Assembly (NCBI GenBank): GCA_964016885.1
Contig: OZ024741.1
Location: forward strand, 57,288,001 to 57,352,000
Length of the DNA stretch: 64,000 bases
Direction of reading: 5' to 3'
Source of the DNA: Eledone cirrhosa
Lineage: Eukaryota
How positions within the stretch are numbered: position 1 is the stretch's first letter; each line of letters opens with the position of its first letter. The notes under the pieces were generated by a model that saw only the letters and a list, made by a program, of their open reading frames with translations, ran no database searches and had not been told where the DNA came from. Shown here in pieces: positions 25,227 through 39,000 of the stretch. Both the position numbers and the translations under genes were made by a program.

Positions 25227-26378
25227 TGCAGTGCCTCTCTCTCCACTCTGATCTCCTTCTAAAGATAGATAGATAGATAGATAGATAGAGTGAGAGATGT
25301 AGATGTATGTCAGTCAATTTGGCTGTTTTCAGTGTTGAATGTTTGTTTTGTGTCTTTGTAGTCTGGTTTCAAATTCCACTCTTGTCCACTTTGTCTTTCG
25401 TCATTTCGGGTACCAGCCCTCTCTCCTTCCAGCTGTCACATCCAGTGTGTGTCTGCTCATGACTACACATAAAACCCTCAGTGAAAAAGGCATAGCACAT
25501 ACTACCAAGTCTTACTTGATTATAGGGAGGGCTGTAGTAGTAGTATATAAAACACTAAAGTGTGAGTGAAAATAATCTGTTAGTGCTAGCTTGTGGGTGG
25601 TGGTGGTGTAATCAAACATCTGGTTTCAAGATTTCATCATCAATCACTCTCTTTACATGGTGGTGGTGTTAATGGTGATGATGATTGTGATTGTAGTTTG
25701 GACAACTGTACATATTCCTGATAATGATGATGGTGGTGAATGAGATGAACTTTGAAAAGTAGGTTTATGCCAAAGCTGTATCTAGGATATATTTTTATAG
25801 TATATTTATGGTTAGGTAAATTGGCAGTTATTAGGGCATCCGATTAAATGTAGAGCAATCTTTATATTCTTGAGAAAAAATGTGCCCTGATCCACCACCA
25901 GGAGGCATTACATTACAAAGGTAGTAGAGAAAACAAAACAACACTCTTACCTCATACTTATAGAAAAATTGAAATTCTCTAATGTATTCATGTTATGGAC
26001 ACTTAACTCTTGATGGAGTTGTAGGGGTGCTGTTATCATGTATGGCATGTCTTGAACATTTGAACCTAACAGAGCCCAACCTTCACGTCTGAATACAGGT
26101 GATTTCTTCCAGAGAAGGGCGGAAAACAGTGAGATTGGGGAAGAATCAAGCCCCACGTCTCCCTCACCATCCTCCGGGGAAACGCCTTCTCTATTCTGTC
26201 TGCGGGACAGCCAGCACATGGGCTCCCATTTGCTCATATTGGGAAGAGATGGAGGCAGTGACAGTGGGAGTTTCGGACCTGGTGTATATGTCTTTCACAG
26301 TTATATTTATTCTACTCCATAATTAGACAGATATGATTCTAAAAACTATTTTTGGTAAAGATTGGTACTTTATATATA

Positions 26379-27067
26379 TGGTCTTTAAAGCGATGAAATA
26401 CCAATGATGGTTGGAAGATCACTGATGGACTAACTTTATTCATATGTAACCCATTAGCAACCACGCAGCACGTTTATTCTCATATTTACACATTTTTTCC
26501 CCCGCTGTGACCCGTCTATTTCGTTCTTACTGCTTCCTCTTACTCTGTATCTTTACCCTCTCTAACAGTCACTCTCTCTGTTAGCCTCTTCCTCACCCTT
26601 CACTCACTCACTCACTCTCTGTTACTACCTCTCCTCCTCCTCCTTCCCGTTTGACCTGTGCGTAATTCTTTTCTTTCGCACCCTTGGTCAGGCAGGTCGC
26701 TTTTTTTCTCTTTCTCGTCTACGATTTCACAGAACTTACGTTCACCGAATTCACAGACTAGATCCCTTCTTCCTCCTGTTAGACCTGTACGGAATTCCTT
26801 CCTTGCTCACATTCCAACCAGGTTTGATGGTCTTTATTCTCTCTCGTTCATGATTTCACCGAACTTATATTCATGGAAATTTGGGACTTGACTCTTTCTT
26901 CCTCACTTTTCATTGCTTCACAATCTTTGTTTGTTTACACTCTCGTGTCCCCTTTATTTACGTGTCCCAACGACTTTTTTTAGCCGTTGCTCGTACCAAC
27001 CGGAAGTATGTGGTCTTTAAAGCGATGAAATACCAATGATGGTTGGAAGATCACTGATGAAGGACTA

Positions 27068-27074
<7 letters not shown>
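26379..27074 (+). mobile_element. ~630-bp unit bounded by ~60-bp direct repeats, with internal ~128-bp duplication; probable Penelope-like pLTR relic
   Basis: TGGTCTTTAAAGCGATGAAATACCAATGATGGTTGGAAGATCACTGATG(AA)GGACTAACTTTAT at 26379 and 27011. CTGATGA-AGGAC resembles the start of a hammerhead core. Confidence 0.5.
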
Positions 27075-27114
<40 letters not shown>

Positions 27115-28100
27115 CTTGAAAAGATGAATGGTAAAGTTTACCTCAGTGGGATTTGAACTCAGAACACATTGAACCAGATAGAATACTGCAAAGCATTGAC
27201 TTGCCACAATCATATACTACACTGGTTTTAAACTGTAATCTATATATACAATGGCAACAGCTCATTGGAATGTTGAATGCACTTTGTAGAAATTACACTT
27301 TGCCAACTAAAAGAATATCTCTCTCTCATACAAGAGGTAAAAACATATAGTATGTGGGGGAGGGGACATTATTTTTAGTTTCCAAACTGCTTAAAGAAAC
27401 TAGGTTGGGTTGAAATATTTATTTTAACCCTTTGTTACCATATTTTTAGTGACACTGCCTATAATTTTGAAATAACAAAATTATTATAAAATAATTTAAT
27501 TATGTAACCAATCTTATTATTAGGTTGGTGTTAGGGACGTAACTTAACAAAGGTTTTTACATGAAGTTATAAATGGAATGATTTTAGATAAATATAAACA
27601 CTTTAAACCTTTTGTTACCTTATTTCCAATGAAAGATACTGTCTATGATTTTCAAATAATTTTGAAAGTAAAGAATTTTGAGTAATATAATCTTTCTCAT
27701 TGTCAAACTGGTGTTTGGATTGTAATGAAGGTTCTTAAAGTGTTTATGGAAATCTTTTAGATGAATATAAACATTCTAAAACAGTCTTGTCATAGAACTA
27801 GAGGTAGTTTCAGGTAGTATGGTACTAAATTCTGGGCTTGGTTGAAATAGTTGTGTTTATAAATCTGTAGATCTAGTGTTATGCATACACCTCCCTTTAT
27901 ACACACATACATATGTGTGTATGTATCAGTGTTATCTAATAAAAGAGAGCTCCTGTTATTTTGCTATCTTTAATAAATACCTTTATTATCTGAAGATTCT
28001 GAAATATATTTAACTTGGTAAGAAACAGACACAAAAAGAAAGGAAAAAATAAATAAAATAAAAGAAATGTGGAGGGACCAAACTACACATTTGGCTAGAC

Positions 28101-28285
28101 CAGTGATTCCCAAAGTGGGTTCCACAGAACCCAAGGGTTCTGCAATGGAGTGTCTGGAGCTCCATGAAAAAAGGTAGAGGAGTATATATATATTACGACC
28201 ATATAACAGTATTAGACTTTGGGGTTCCCCCAAACGTTTCTGAACCAAAAAGGGTTCTGCATTTGAAAACGTTAGGGGAACCCTG
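28101..28285. mobile_element. hAT (Charlie/Buster-type) MITE
   Basis: TIR CAGTGATTCCC / GGGGAACCCTG; 8-bp TSD GGCTAGAC / GGCTATAC. Confidence 0.8.
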
Positions 28286-28677
28286 GGCTATACAATATGT
28301 CTCAGCTGCTCCTGTGGAGATGATGGTGAATGTGTTACCAAGGAGAACAGCCAGCAATATTTGCTGCGTCAGCCATTTACCTCGCAGGTCTCCTTCAGTC
28401 ATGAAACCCTCTTCCCAGAGTGAGGACACCAGAGTTCTCAATGGTGACTGCCACCCGAAGGAAAGGGTCGGTCGGTACCTGATATTTAGGCATTTCTGCT
28501 CCTGGTCATTGGTGCTGCTCTAACATTTTGACTAGTATGTGTGTAGGCAAGGTAGCATTATAAATTTTTGAGTGTGTGATTCATAACAATAATGTGTGGG
28601 TGTGTATATACATAAGCACATTGCTCCTAGCATTTTTGGAGGTGTGGACGTTCATAATTTTTTTACGAGTATACTGG

Positions 28678-28713
<36 letters not shown>

Positions 28714-28995
28714 AACACCAGCACTGCCACTTTACAGAGTTGGTGGGGGTATATTCTATGAAGGCAGCAACATTAACAAATTATAGGGTGTACTATGTAT
28801 ATATACACATGTACATAAATATATTGACAGTGGTAGAAAAAGAAATTGACAAGAGAAAGAGAGATATGAAAAAAATACAAACTTATTTTGAAACTTCAAA
28901 TTTACTACCTGTTTTTAAAAACACAATTTCAAAATAATGAAAATAGTAATAAGGTATAAAACAGGAAATGTGCTTAAAAGGTCAAGGATCATTTT

Positions 28996-29297
28996 TTATA
29001 CACACCAATCATTATTATATCTTTATATTCATTGTTGTATTACACCTATTCTTATACACACCATTCATTGTTGTATTATACCTATTATACACACCAATCA
29101 TTATATCTTTATATTCATTGTTGTATTACACCTATTCTTATACACACCATTCATTGTTGTATTATACCTATTATACACACCAATCATTATATCTTTATAT
29201 TCATTGTTGTATTATACCTATTCTTATACACACCAATCATTATATCTTTATATTCATTGTTGTATTATACCTATTATACACGCCAATCATTATATCT
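28996..29297. repeat. nested tandem repeat (~86-bp units made of ~33/53-bp subunits)
   Basis: Recurrent ATACACACCAATCATTATATCTTTATATTCATTGTTGTATTA. Confidence 0.9.
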
Positions 29298-29298
29298 T

Positions 29299-29551
29299 GT
29301 GCGGTGGATTGGCAGTATCGGGAGAGTCGGGCACCATGCTTTGAAGCATAGAGTTACATCCCTTTATGATCTGAGTTCAAATCCCGCCGAGGTTAACTTT
29401 GCCTTTCATCCTTATGGGGTCGATAAAATAAAGTGCCAGTAATGTACTGGGTAATTGCTGGCCTTGTGCCTAAAATAGAAACAATTATATCTTTATATTC
29501 ATTGTTACGTGCAAGCAAAATATATATTTTTTTCAAATTTAAGTTGCCAAC

Positions 29552-29584
<33 letters not shown>

Positions 29585-30060
29585 ATGCAGTTTCCCTCTC
29601 AACAAACAATACGCCACTGTGTGTGTATCACTTCTACTATTATTATTTGGTGGATTTATCAGTAGAAGGTTGGACGCCATGCTTTCCAGCATAGTTACGG
29701 CCCTTTACGATCTGGGTTCAAATCCCACCGAGTTTAACTTTACCTTTCATCCTTACAGGGTTGATAAAATAAAGTACCAGTATTGCACTAAATTAATTGC
29801 TGGCCTTGTGCCAAAAGTAGAAACAATTATTATAAGGGCAGTGGGTTGGCAGTATCAGTAGAGGGTAAGACACCATGCTTTGCAGCATAGCATTACAGCC
29901 CTTTACGATCTGAGTTCAAATCTTGCCACGGTTAACTTTGGCTTTCACCCTTACGAGGTCGATAAAATAATGTACCAATAATTCACTGGGGTTAATTTAA
30001 TCGACTTTCCCCTCTCCCAAAATTGCTGGCATTGTGCCTATAGTAGAAATCATCATTATT
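29299..30060 (+). mobile_element. three head-to-tail Nin-like SINE copies (~29299-29487, 29647-29832, 29836-30060)
   Basis: Each has A/B boxes (A box partly lost in the middle copy) and the CCTTTCATCC...GATAAAATAAAGTACCAG-like core. Others near 2575, 2980, 8455(-), 33990 and 58522. Confidence 0.8.
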
Positions 30061-31379
30061 ACAAATTGAAATATATCTAAATGTGGTGATTTAGATGTGT
30101 TTTCATCTTGAAGTCATTGATTATTGGAAGTTAAGTCAAACTGTTAATATAAATGTATGTTTGAATGGACCAATGTCAAGATGCTCTTGTGCGCTATTGG
30201 TAATGAGTAACCCAGTACAACCTGTCGCATTGGTCAGGTCATTGGTGACCTAACCAACAACTCCACCAAGCATGTTTGGTGAGGAGGAGGGTCTTGTTAT
30301 ACTCTGCAGAATTAAAGACATGACCTGTAAATGGGCAGAGGAACTTGGGAGATTCAAAGGCCATCCAATAGTATGAAAAATAAAAATGGTAGACAGAGCT
30401 CATTAGTTCTGGTTGGCAGTCTGCCTAGGAAAAGGATCACTCTAATTTCAAAACTAGAGTAGTGGGTGCTTTTTTTGTCACCTTGGGGACAACCTTTTAA
30501 CTGCTTCATCCTTGTGAATGCAGATGAGCTGTGGCTCAGCAGCCTCTTTTGAAGTCATGGTCGGAAGAGGATTTGGGACTCACTGATGTCACTTTTTCCT
30601 GGTGAGAAGTATGGACATACAGCATCATATAGATTAGCATTCCAGCAGGAGTGAGATAGAGGCATTGAGGAAGAATTGACACTGATACTTTTTTATGGAC
30701 CTTTGAAAAGATGAAAGGCAAAGTTGACCTCAGTGGGATTTGAGCTCAGTGAGACAATAAATACTGCAAAGCATTCTATTTGAAATTCTAACAATTGTGT
30801 CAATTTGCTGCCTGTTAATGTATGTCAACAAAAGCAATCGACAAAATAAGTACTGGTGTTAATGTGTTCCAATTAAATGAAGATGGTGCCCCAGCTTGGC
30901 CTTAGTCAAATGACTTGAAACCTGTAAAAGAATTAGGCATGGCTTCAAAATCAGGCCACATGTCTCGTGTTACATTTGTATCTGTGTAGATGTTTCAGTC
31001 ACTATATTCACTGTATTTACTATAAAGTCACTACAAATACTAAATACCATGACTCACTCACTTGTAACTTATACTGTATTAATCCACCTCCACATCCTTT
31101 CCCTCCCTCTCCTCCACATCTCTCCCTCTTCCACCACTTCTATCCTCCCTCTTCCACCACTTCTATCCTCCCGCTTCCACCACTTCTATCCTCCCGCTTC
31201 ATCCTCTACTACCCCCCCCCCCCCCCAATGTTTACAATGGAGACAAAAAAACATGATATTCTTATCATATAGACAGATTTAGTTTATTTGGATAGGATGT
31301 ATGTTATGTGTGAAAATGAAACTTTAAAAACAAGTTTAGCTGGTTTTGTCCTGTCTTTGGAGAATTTACTTAATATATA

Positions 31380-31540
31380 GGCACAGGTATGGCTGTGTGG
31401 CTAAGGAGTTCCTTTGTAACCATTTGGTTCTCTGTTCAGTCTTGCTGCGTGGCATCTTGATCAAGTGTCTTCCACTACAGTTTTAGGTTGGCCGATGCTT
31501 TATGAGTGGAATTTGGTTGACAAAAACCACAGAAGCCCAT
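31380..31540 (+). mobile_element. third tRNA-derived SINE family (other copies ~1145, 5155, 14020(-), 45560(-), 52110)
   Basis: TGGCTGTGTGG head; shared GGCATCTTG..CAAGTGTCTT...GAGTGGAATTTGGT...GAAGCCC body. Confidence 0.65.
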
Positions 31541-32304
31541 TATACTAGCAGGGTGAAAGTTAAATGATGATGATCTATATGTGTGTCTGTCTGTCTGTTT
31601 AGGTCCCATAATTTAGGGGTTCAACATAAAGGACTGATAAAATAAGTAACAAACTAAAAATGAGTACTGTGGTCGATATGATCAACTAAATCAAAATAGT
31701 GCCCAAGTATGGTTGCAGTGTAATGACTGAATTAAAGAATATATTAATGGATGTTTGTCTACTGGAGAAAGCAGTAAATGCTGGTCTTGGATGGAAGATC
31801 AGGTGAAGTAACCTGGCTGCTGTAGATTCATGTGGTATACTTATTTGAAAGCTTAATTGATTCAACATAAGTTCATTTATGTGCATGTGTGGATGTATGT
31901 ATGTATGTATATATATATATATATATATATAAATTTACCAAATAGAATAATTCAACTGTTGAGTAAAACACTACTGTAAGCGGCTTCAGTTTCTTGTTAC
32001 ATAATCAAAATAATTTATTACACTAACTAAAACTGAATACTACTATAATTCTCTCTCTCTCTCTCGTTACCTGGCAATGCCTGAATATTTGACCAATAAC
32101 AGGGTTACTATATTTTCATTAAAGTAGGAATTACAGCAAAAACTCATTGTTGCTTGTTCGACCATCTAGATAAGAATATTACTAGTTTAGTCCAGTGGTA
32201 TTGTTTTGAATACTACTACTTTTTACAGGCACCATATATAATGCTTTGTCCATAGAGTAATCATTAGGTATGTTGTCTAAAAAGGCAGGGGCCCCAAAAT
32301 AAAT

Positions 32305-32497
<193 letters not shown>

Positions 32498-32849
32498 CAA
32501 AACACCTGAAGGCTATTTTGAAAATCATAAATAAAGTTAGCATTGGCTCATGGATGAATTATGAAGCATTTACTTAATTCTATAATTCAGGAAAATGTAT
32601 TTAGATTTTTATACTGTAGCTTTCATCTACTTCTTCCTCAAATGCAGTAGGATCATGTTTGAGGGGGATTTGTTTTCTATTTCTATCAGGTATACCAACA
32701 ATTATAGTAACTCCCATGAGAGACACACAGACATGTATATGTATGTGTGTAAGACAGTTGGCTTTCAAAATTCCTTACAAACTGTATGTCTAAGGAATTA
32801 GGATCTCTGTATTGACATTGAAGTAGGAATTACTATATTGTCTTCTTGT

Positions 32850-33700
32850 GTATACTTGTTCATTCCAAAGCCTCTGGATAAAAAGGTCTTGGTATTGCCC
32901 TGTGGTGAAGAGACAATCAGGGTTTCCAACCCTTGTAGTACAACATAAAGACTGACCATGTGAAAAGACAGGATCTGCCAGGTTCAATGACTTTCAATGA
33001 TTGACCTTGAGATTTATTGATGGCCATGGCAATAACTGATCTGATGGAAATTGAAGCCTTTGAAATTCAAATGGCAAATCAGTTGACTTCAGAAGTATTT
33101 GGGGAATAAAACAATTATCACCAGCAAATTTTCCTGGCGTCATTACGACTACTAGGACATGGGACATCGTATTTTTTTTTATGAGTCTTGTGCAATTGCA
33201 AAGTTTTGGCGGTTCTAGATTACAATGTAGCATAACCAATGCTTCAAGCTTCAGGTTGTGTGAAGGAATTCTTGGGAATTCATGGCTGTTCAAAATTCAG
33301 TAGGATAGTTTACTACCTGGTTCTATTGATTTGTAGCAAGTTAGCCTTCTGTTGATTTCTTTACAGCAACTTTTCGGTGCTAAGATTGCTCATTTGCAAT
33401 GACATTTTTTTATCTGAATGTTTGATAAGACTCTGGCAATCAGTGATATGACAACAAAATCTGGTTATTGGAGTCCTTTTTAAGAAGTCCATTTGCCAAT
33501 ATAAGTAGCTGGATGGCAAACTCATTTACACCTTCATCACCGATCGAGTGCACTTGCATATTGGTTGTATGGCTCAGGTGATGAAAGTAGGGCCAATGGT
33601 AGGATCTTTTCAAACAGGCATTGACCTGATCAGCTCGGGTTTCTCAATCAATTACAGGCAGTTTGTCTGAAATTACTTTCAATTTTATCCAAAACATCTC
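32850..33700 (-). pseudogene. decayed Helitron Pif1-like helicase fragment
   Basis: Minus strand pieces AILAPK, PPKLCNCTRL, DLPFEFQRLQFP, AMAINKSQGQSLK, DPVFSHGQ, TRVGNP; many stops and frameshifts. Confidence 0.8.
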
Positions 33701-34355
33701 CCTCACACGTTCCTCCCATACTCTCTCCAGAATGGAGAAAGATAAAACAAAATGGCTGGATTTTTTTATATGCATACAGAAATATGTAGAATTGAATTTA
33801 AATGGATTGCTTGCTTTGTAAAGCAAAACAGTTGTTACCATTACTTGTCCCATGATGTAGTGAATATATAGAGTATATATGTAATTTTGTGGGTGTCTGT
33901 TCCCTAATTTCTGAGTTTTAGGCACACAGAATCAGGAACATTTATTTATAAGATTTCTGAATGAAGCCAGCAATGCTGTACATTTTCAAGGCTGATCTGG
34001 CAGTATCGGTAGAGGGTCGGACGCCATGCTTTGACGCATGGAGTTACGGCCCTTGCCATTCTGAGTTCAAATCCCGCCAAGGTTAACTTTGCCTTTCATC
34101 CTTACGGGGTCGATAAAATAAAGTACCAGTAATGTACTGGGTTATTGCTGGCCTGGTGCCAATAGTAGAAACAGTTATATATTATATATATTAACATTGA
34201 TATCTGCTCACTAAAACAATGCATTAACTACTTAATTTCTTTTCTTCTTATTTCATTAACTGTGTGTGTGTTTGTATGCATATATGTGTGTGTATGTATG
34301 TGTGAATCAATATAATTATGAAATACATTGTAGCTCTCTTTCTCTATTGCCACAG

Positions 34356-34565
34356 TTGGGATGAAATTCCTCCGTCGACACGACTCCGCCCCGAAGGTGA
34401 ATTGATTGTGGCACGATACAACAATGGAGCCATGAGGGAAATAATGGGGCTAAATGAGAATAACACTAGCCACAGTAACTCCAATGGCCGACATACCTCA
34501 ACACCAAGGCCAAGCAGTCACCAACATTATGAGCGGAATGGAAATTTCTTGAATGGTTATGCAAG
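34356..34565 (+). CDS. internal coding exon (WDEIPPSTRLRPEGELIVARYNNGAMREIM...GYAR)
   Basis: Polypyrimidine tract + CACAG| acceptor, AAG|GTGAGT donor, 210 nt, phase 2-2. Contains the same motif as the first exon. Confidence 0.88.
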
Positions 34566-34639
34566 GTGAGTTGGTTTGGGGTTAATTTTGGGCTGGACTG
34601 GGGCAACACTCTGTTTGATATGCAATATCATATAGTTCT

Positions 34640-34685
<46 letters not shown>

Positions 34686-34992
34686 AATGTGTATGTATGT
34701 ATATCATCATCATCGTTTAACGTCCATTTTCCACGCTAGCATGGGTCTGGACGGGAATTGTCCCACTTGAGGCAAGATTGGTTGTCTTGCTCAGGACTGT
34801 CTGGCGGGTTTTCTACGGCTGGGTGCCCTTCCCAACACCAACCACGTTTACAGTGTGTACTGGGAGGTTTTTACCGTGTTACCTACACGGCCACATTACA
34901 GCGTGGACTGTGTTTTTTTGTCGTGACACCTACACAACCTCATTTGTTTCGGACTGGATGTTGTGGTACCAACATATATATATGTATATATA

Positions 34993-36015
34993 CAAGGTTT
35001 GTCCCAAAAGTAAGGGTAATGATTTTCCTATGTATGATATGGTAACAGCACTTTGTTGATGTATATAAGTTTGTTAGTTATTACCTTGGCTGCAAGTACA
35101 CACTTGTTTCAACATGATCGATTTGGTCAGGTTTATGTACAAATGTATTTATAAGCTCTGTTATGTTTACAATGTAGAAAAATATCAAACAGTGTGATAA
35201 AATTTTGTGAAATTCAACAAATCTGCCTCTGAAACATTTAATTTTTTAACATATGCTAGCGTGAAAGATAGACGTTAAGCGATGATGATGAAGCTTATTG
35301 AGAGGTAATTTTTTAAGTGGCACAACGCTTTGAAAGAGGGCCAAGAAGGCTAATCTCATCATCAAATTAACAAAATGTGGAAATTGTGTAAGCAGTGATG
35401 GCGAAAGATCACCTATCAAGTGTTAGGATGATTGCAGAAGAAATAGGCTCGGATAAAAATGCAGTTCACAGAATTTTAAAAGACAATTTACACATGCAAA
35501 AAATTTGTGCAAAACTAGTGCCCAAACACTCGTCTGGAGCAAAAAGTGAACTGGTGAGAAATTTGTTAGGATTTGCTAGAAAGACTTGAAATGAAACCAA
35601 AATTCTTGGATAATGTAATAATGGGAGATGAATCATGGGTGTTTAAGAACGATCCAGAGACACAGTGAGGTGTGGCACACAAAAAATGCCCCTTGTCTGA
35701 TAAAAGCAAGCATGAGCAGATCCAGGGTGAAAATGATTATCATTTTTTTTCAACAGCTGTGGTATTGTTCACAAACAAGTTTTACCTCCAGGACAGACGC
35801 TTAATCGTATTTTCTACAAGAATGTCTTGGAACAAAATGTGCCCAGCAAGTCTGAAAGGACATTGCTGGAGATTGGGTACAGCACCACAATAATGCGCCT
35901 GCACACACAGCACTTTTAATTAGAGAATTTCTGGCAAAGAAAATCATTTCCGCTCTTCCACATCCTCCCAAACGGGGCTCCCAATGATTTCTACCTCTTC
36001 CCTAAGTTGAAATCA
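34993..36015 (+). mobile_element. decayed mariner transposon (5' TIR + transposase pseudogene, 3' end missing)
   Basis: TA-CAAGGTTTGTCCCAAAAGTA; SVRMIAEE..VHRIL..KICAKLVPK, GDESWVF, HHNNAPAH, APNDFYLFPKLK. Confidence 0.85.
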
Positions 36016-36026
36016 TATATATATAT

Positions 36027-39000
36027 CTGACTATTTTTCCATTTAAGGCTAAAGGCCATGACTGGCTATTATTAATATTATTGTTGCTGTATTCTATCGG
36101 CTACTTTGCCATGCTGCATTCTATCTTCTCTCTACCTCACAATTTCCCTCTCACCCACCCCCTCACTCCACCATAGCCTTTTCGACCAATCAAACCTCAG
36201 CATGCCATTTCTTCTACTACTACCTAACTCTCTCCTCCCCCGTCCCAGCCCAACACACCCTGCCATTATTACCACCACCACTGGTCTAGCCCTGAATTTT
36301 TCCTACTGGTATGGATGGATGAGCTGAGAATAAATTGGAGCAACTCTGAATTAATAAATGAAATGAATATGAATCCGCGAGCTACCAAGCACCCATGTGA
36401 AGCGCCAATCCAGAGAGAGGAAGCACACAAACATCCCTGCAAAAATCGACCCTTCCCTACGAGTGTCGACAAATACCCAAAACTCCGAGTTGGTACCATC
36501 AATGTAAGCACGATGAAAGGAAGAGCAGGAGAAATCGTAGAAATGCCAGAGCGAAAGGAAATTGATGTATGCTGTGTGCAAGAGACTAGATGGAGAGAAG
36601 AGTCTGCTAGAGTCCTTGTAGGAAAAAGTCGGTGCTACAAATTTTTCTGGGTGGGATATGACGATGGGATAGGTGGTGTAGGTATACTACTAGCTGACAA
36701 GTGGGTAGAGAAAGTAATCTCGGTGTACAGGGTAAATGCAAGAATCATTAAACTCAGACTAGTCCTGAATAAAACAATTACCACAATAATATCAGCTTAC
36801 GCACCCCAATCGGGGTTGCCAGACGAACTTAAGGATAGATTTTACAAGTCTCTAATGCGCACTACTGCTCTAACAAACGACAATGACTTCCTAATCATCG
36901 CAGGAGATTTTAACGGACACGTAGGTAAACACTGTGACGGCTTCAATAGAGTCCATGGAGGTCATGGGGTTGGCACAAGAAATGAATAAGGATTCAGACT
37001 TCTAGAATTCTGCGACACCAATGACATGTCGATATGTAACACAAACTTCAAAAAACCCGACAACCACCTGATCACCTATAGATCAGGGGAGCATTCTAGT
37101 CAGATAGATTTTATCCTCATCAGAGGACGTGACAGAAGGACGGTCGTAAACACAAAAGCCTTCCCTAGTGAGGAATGTACCTCCCAACATAGCTTAGTTG
37201 TCAGCGACCTCACAGTCAGAACTAGACAAACCTGGAAACAGAGGCCAACCTGGAGAAGAAAGATCTGGAAGCTGAAAGACCCTTCAGCCAGTAACAGATT
37301 TAAAGATATTTTACTCAACGCCTACGACAGTAAAGGACAGATAGACATTCAATGTAGAAGAGCACTGGGAGTTCCTAAAAAATAACTTACTAGAGGCGAC
37401 AGATGAGGTCTGTGGCTGGAGTAAGACCACAAGCAGGAGGAGAGTGACTTGGTGGTGGAACAATAAGGTAGATGAGGCAGTTAAGGCCAAGAGACAGGCA
37501 TGGAAAGAATGGAAGAATGGGGGGAGCAGGGTACATTACATAGAGACCAAGAGGGAAGCTAGGCTACAAGTATACTTAGCTAGGAGGGAAGCAGAGGATA
37601 GAAAATTCAAGCATGTTTTGCAACGTCAGGACCAGAAACAGGTGGTGTTCAAGATTGCGAGGCAGTGTGTCAGAGAGAATTGTGATGTCATTGGAGAGAA
37701 GTGTATCCGGAATGATAAAGGTGAGCTTTCCCTCACAAGTGCGAGAAGAAAGATGCATGGAAGAGTCATTATGATAGATTACTAAATGAGGAGGATGCAT
37801 GGGAAGAAGAGACCCTACCCCAAGTAGACCCTATAGAAGGGCCAGCAGTACAAGTCAGCAGCAGCGTAGTAAGTAAGGCAATCAAAGATATGAAAATGGG
37901 GAAGGCAACCGGTCCATCGGGTATAGCTGCCGAGATGCTGAAGGCATCTGGGTCTGTAGGTCACACTATAACCACACGTATTATTAACCAGGTAATACTA
38001 GAAGGTGTCATACCAAAAGATTGGTGCAGTAGCATCATTGTCAACTGCTACAAAGGTAAAGGTGATGCACTCGATAGAGGTATAAAGCTGATGGACCAGG
38101 TCATGAAAGTAACAGAAAGAGTTTATAGCACAGTTGATTAGGGACCGGGTGAAACTAGATGAGATGCTATTTGGGTTTGTACCAGGAAGAGGCACCACTG
38201 ATGCCCTCTTCCTTGTGAGGCAGTTACAGGAAAAGTACCTAGCTAAAAGTAAGCCTCTACCTGGCATTCGTCGATCTCGAGCAAGCCTTTGACAGAGTTC
38301 CACGTTCTGTAATCTGGTGGGCTCTTAGAAAACTAGGAGTAGATGACTAGCTTGTGAAAGCTGTATAAGCCATGTATAGGGGAGCAGTCAGCAAAGTTAG
38401 GATTAGCAATGAGTATAGCGAGGAATTTAGCGTACAGGTTGGGGTCCACCAGGGCTCTGTTCTTAGCCCTCTCCTGTTCATCATAGTCCTGCAGGCAATA
38501 ACGGAGGAGTTTAAGACCGGATGTCCATGGGAACTCCTGTATGCTGATGACCTCGCACTTATAGCTGAATCTATGGTAGAACTAGAGAAGAAATTCCAAA
38601 CTTGGAAGCAGGGACTAGAAAGAAAGGGTCTCAAAGTCAACATGACAAAGACTAAGGTCCTTGTAAGTAGACGAGAAAACAGAACCCAGATCCCCTCAGG
38701 GAAATGGCCTTGCTCAGTATGTAGGAAAGGTGTAGGTAGGAACTCCAATCTCTGCCCCAAATGCAAACAATGGGTACACAAGAGATGTAGCGTGATCTCA
38801 GGAAGCTTAATTACGAATGTAGGCTTCACATGCAGCAGCTGTACTGGAACAGCAAACAGCCACAGGAAACAAGTACCACCAATCTCTGAGAGGGCTCTGC
38901 AGAGACAGTAGACAGCTTCTGCTACCTAGGTGACCGAATTAGCAGCGGAGGTGGGTGTTCAGAAAGTACAATAACTAGTGGAAGAAGTTCAGGGAACTAC

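Noticed and set aside
28937-29442. Three overlapping His/Tyr/Ile-rich ORFs
   Set aside because: Stop-free tandem repeat running into a SINE.
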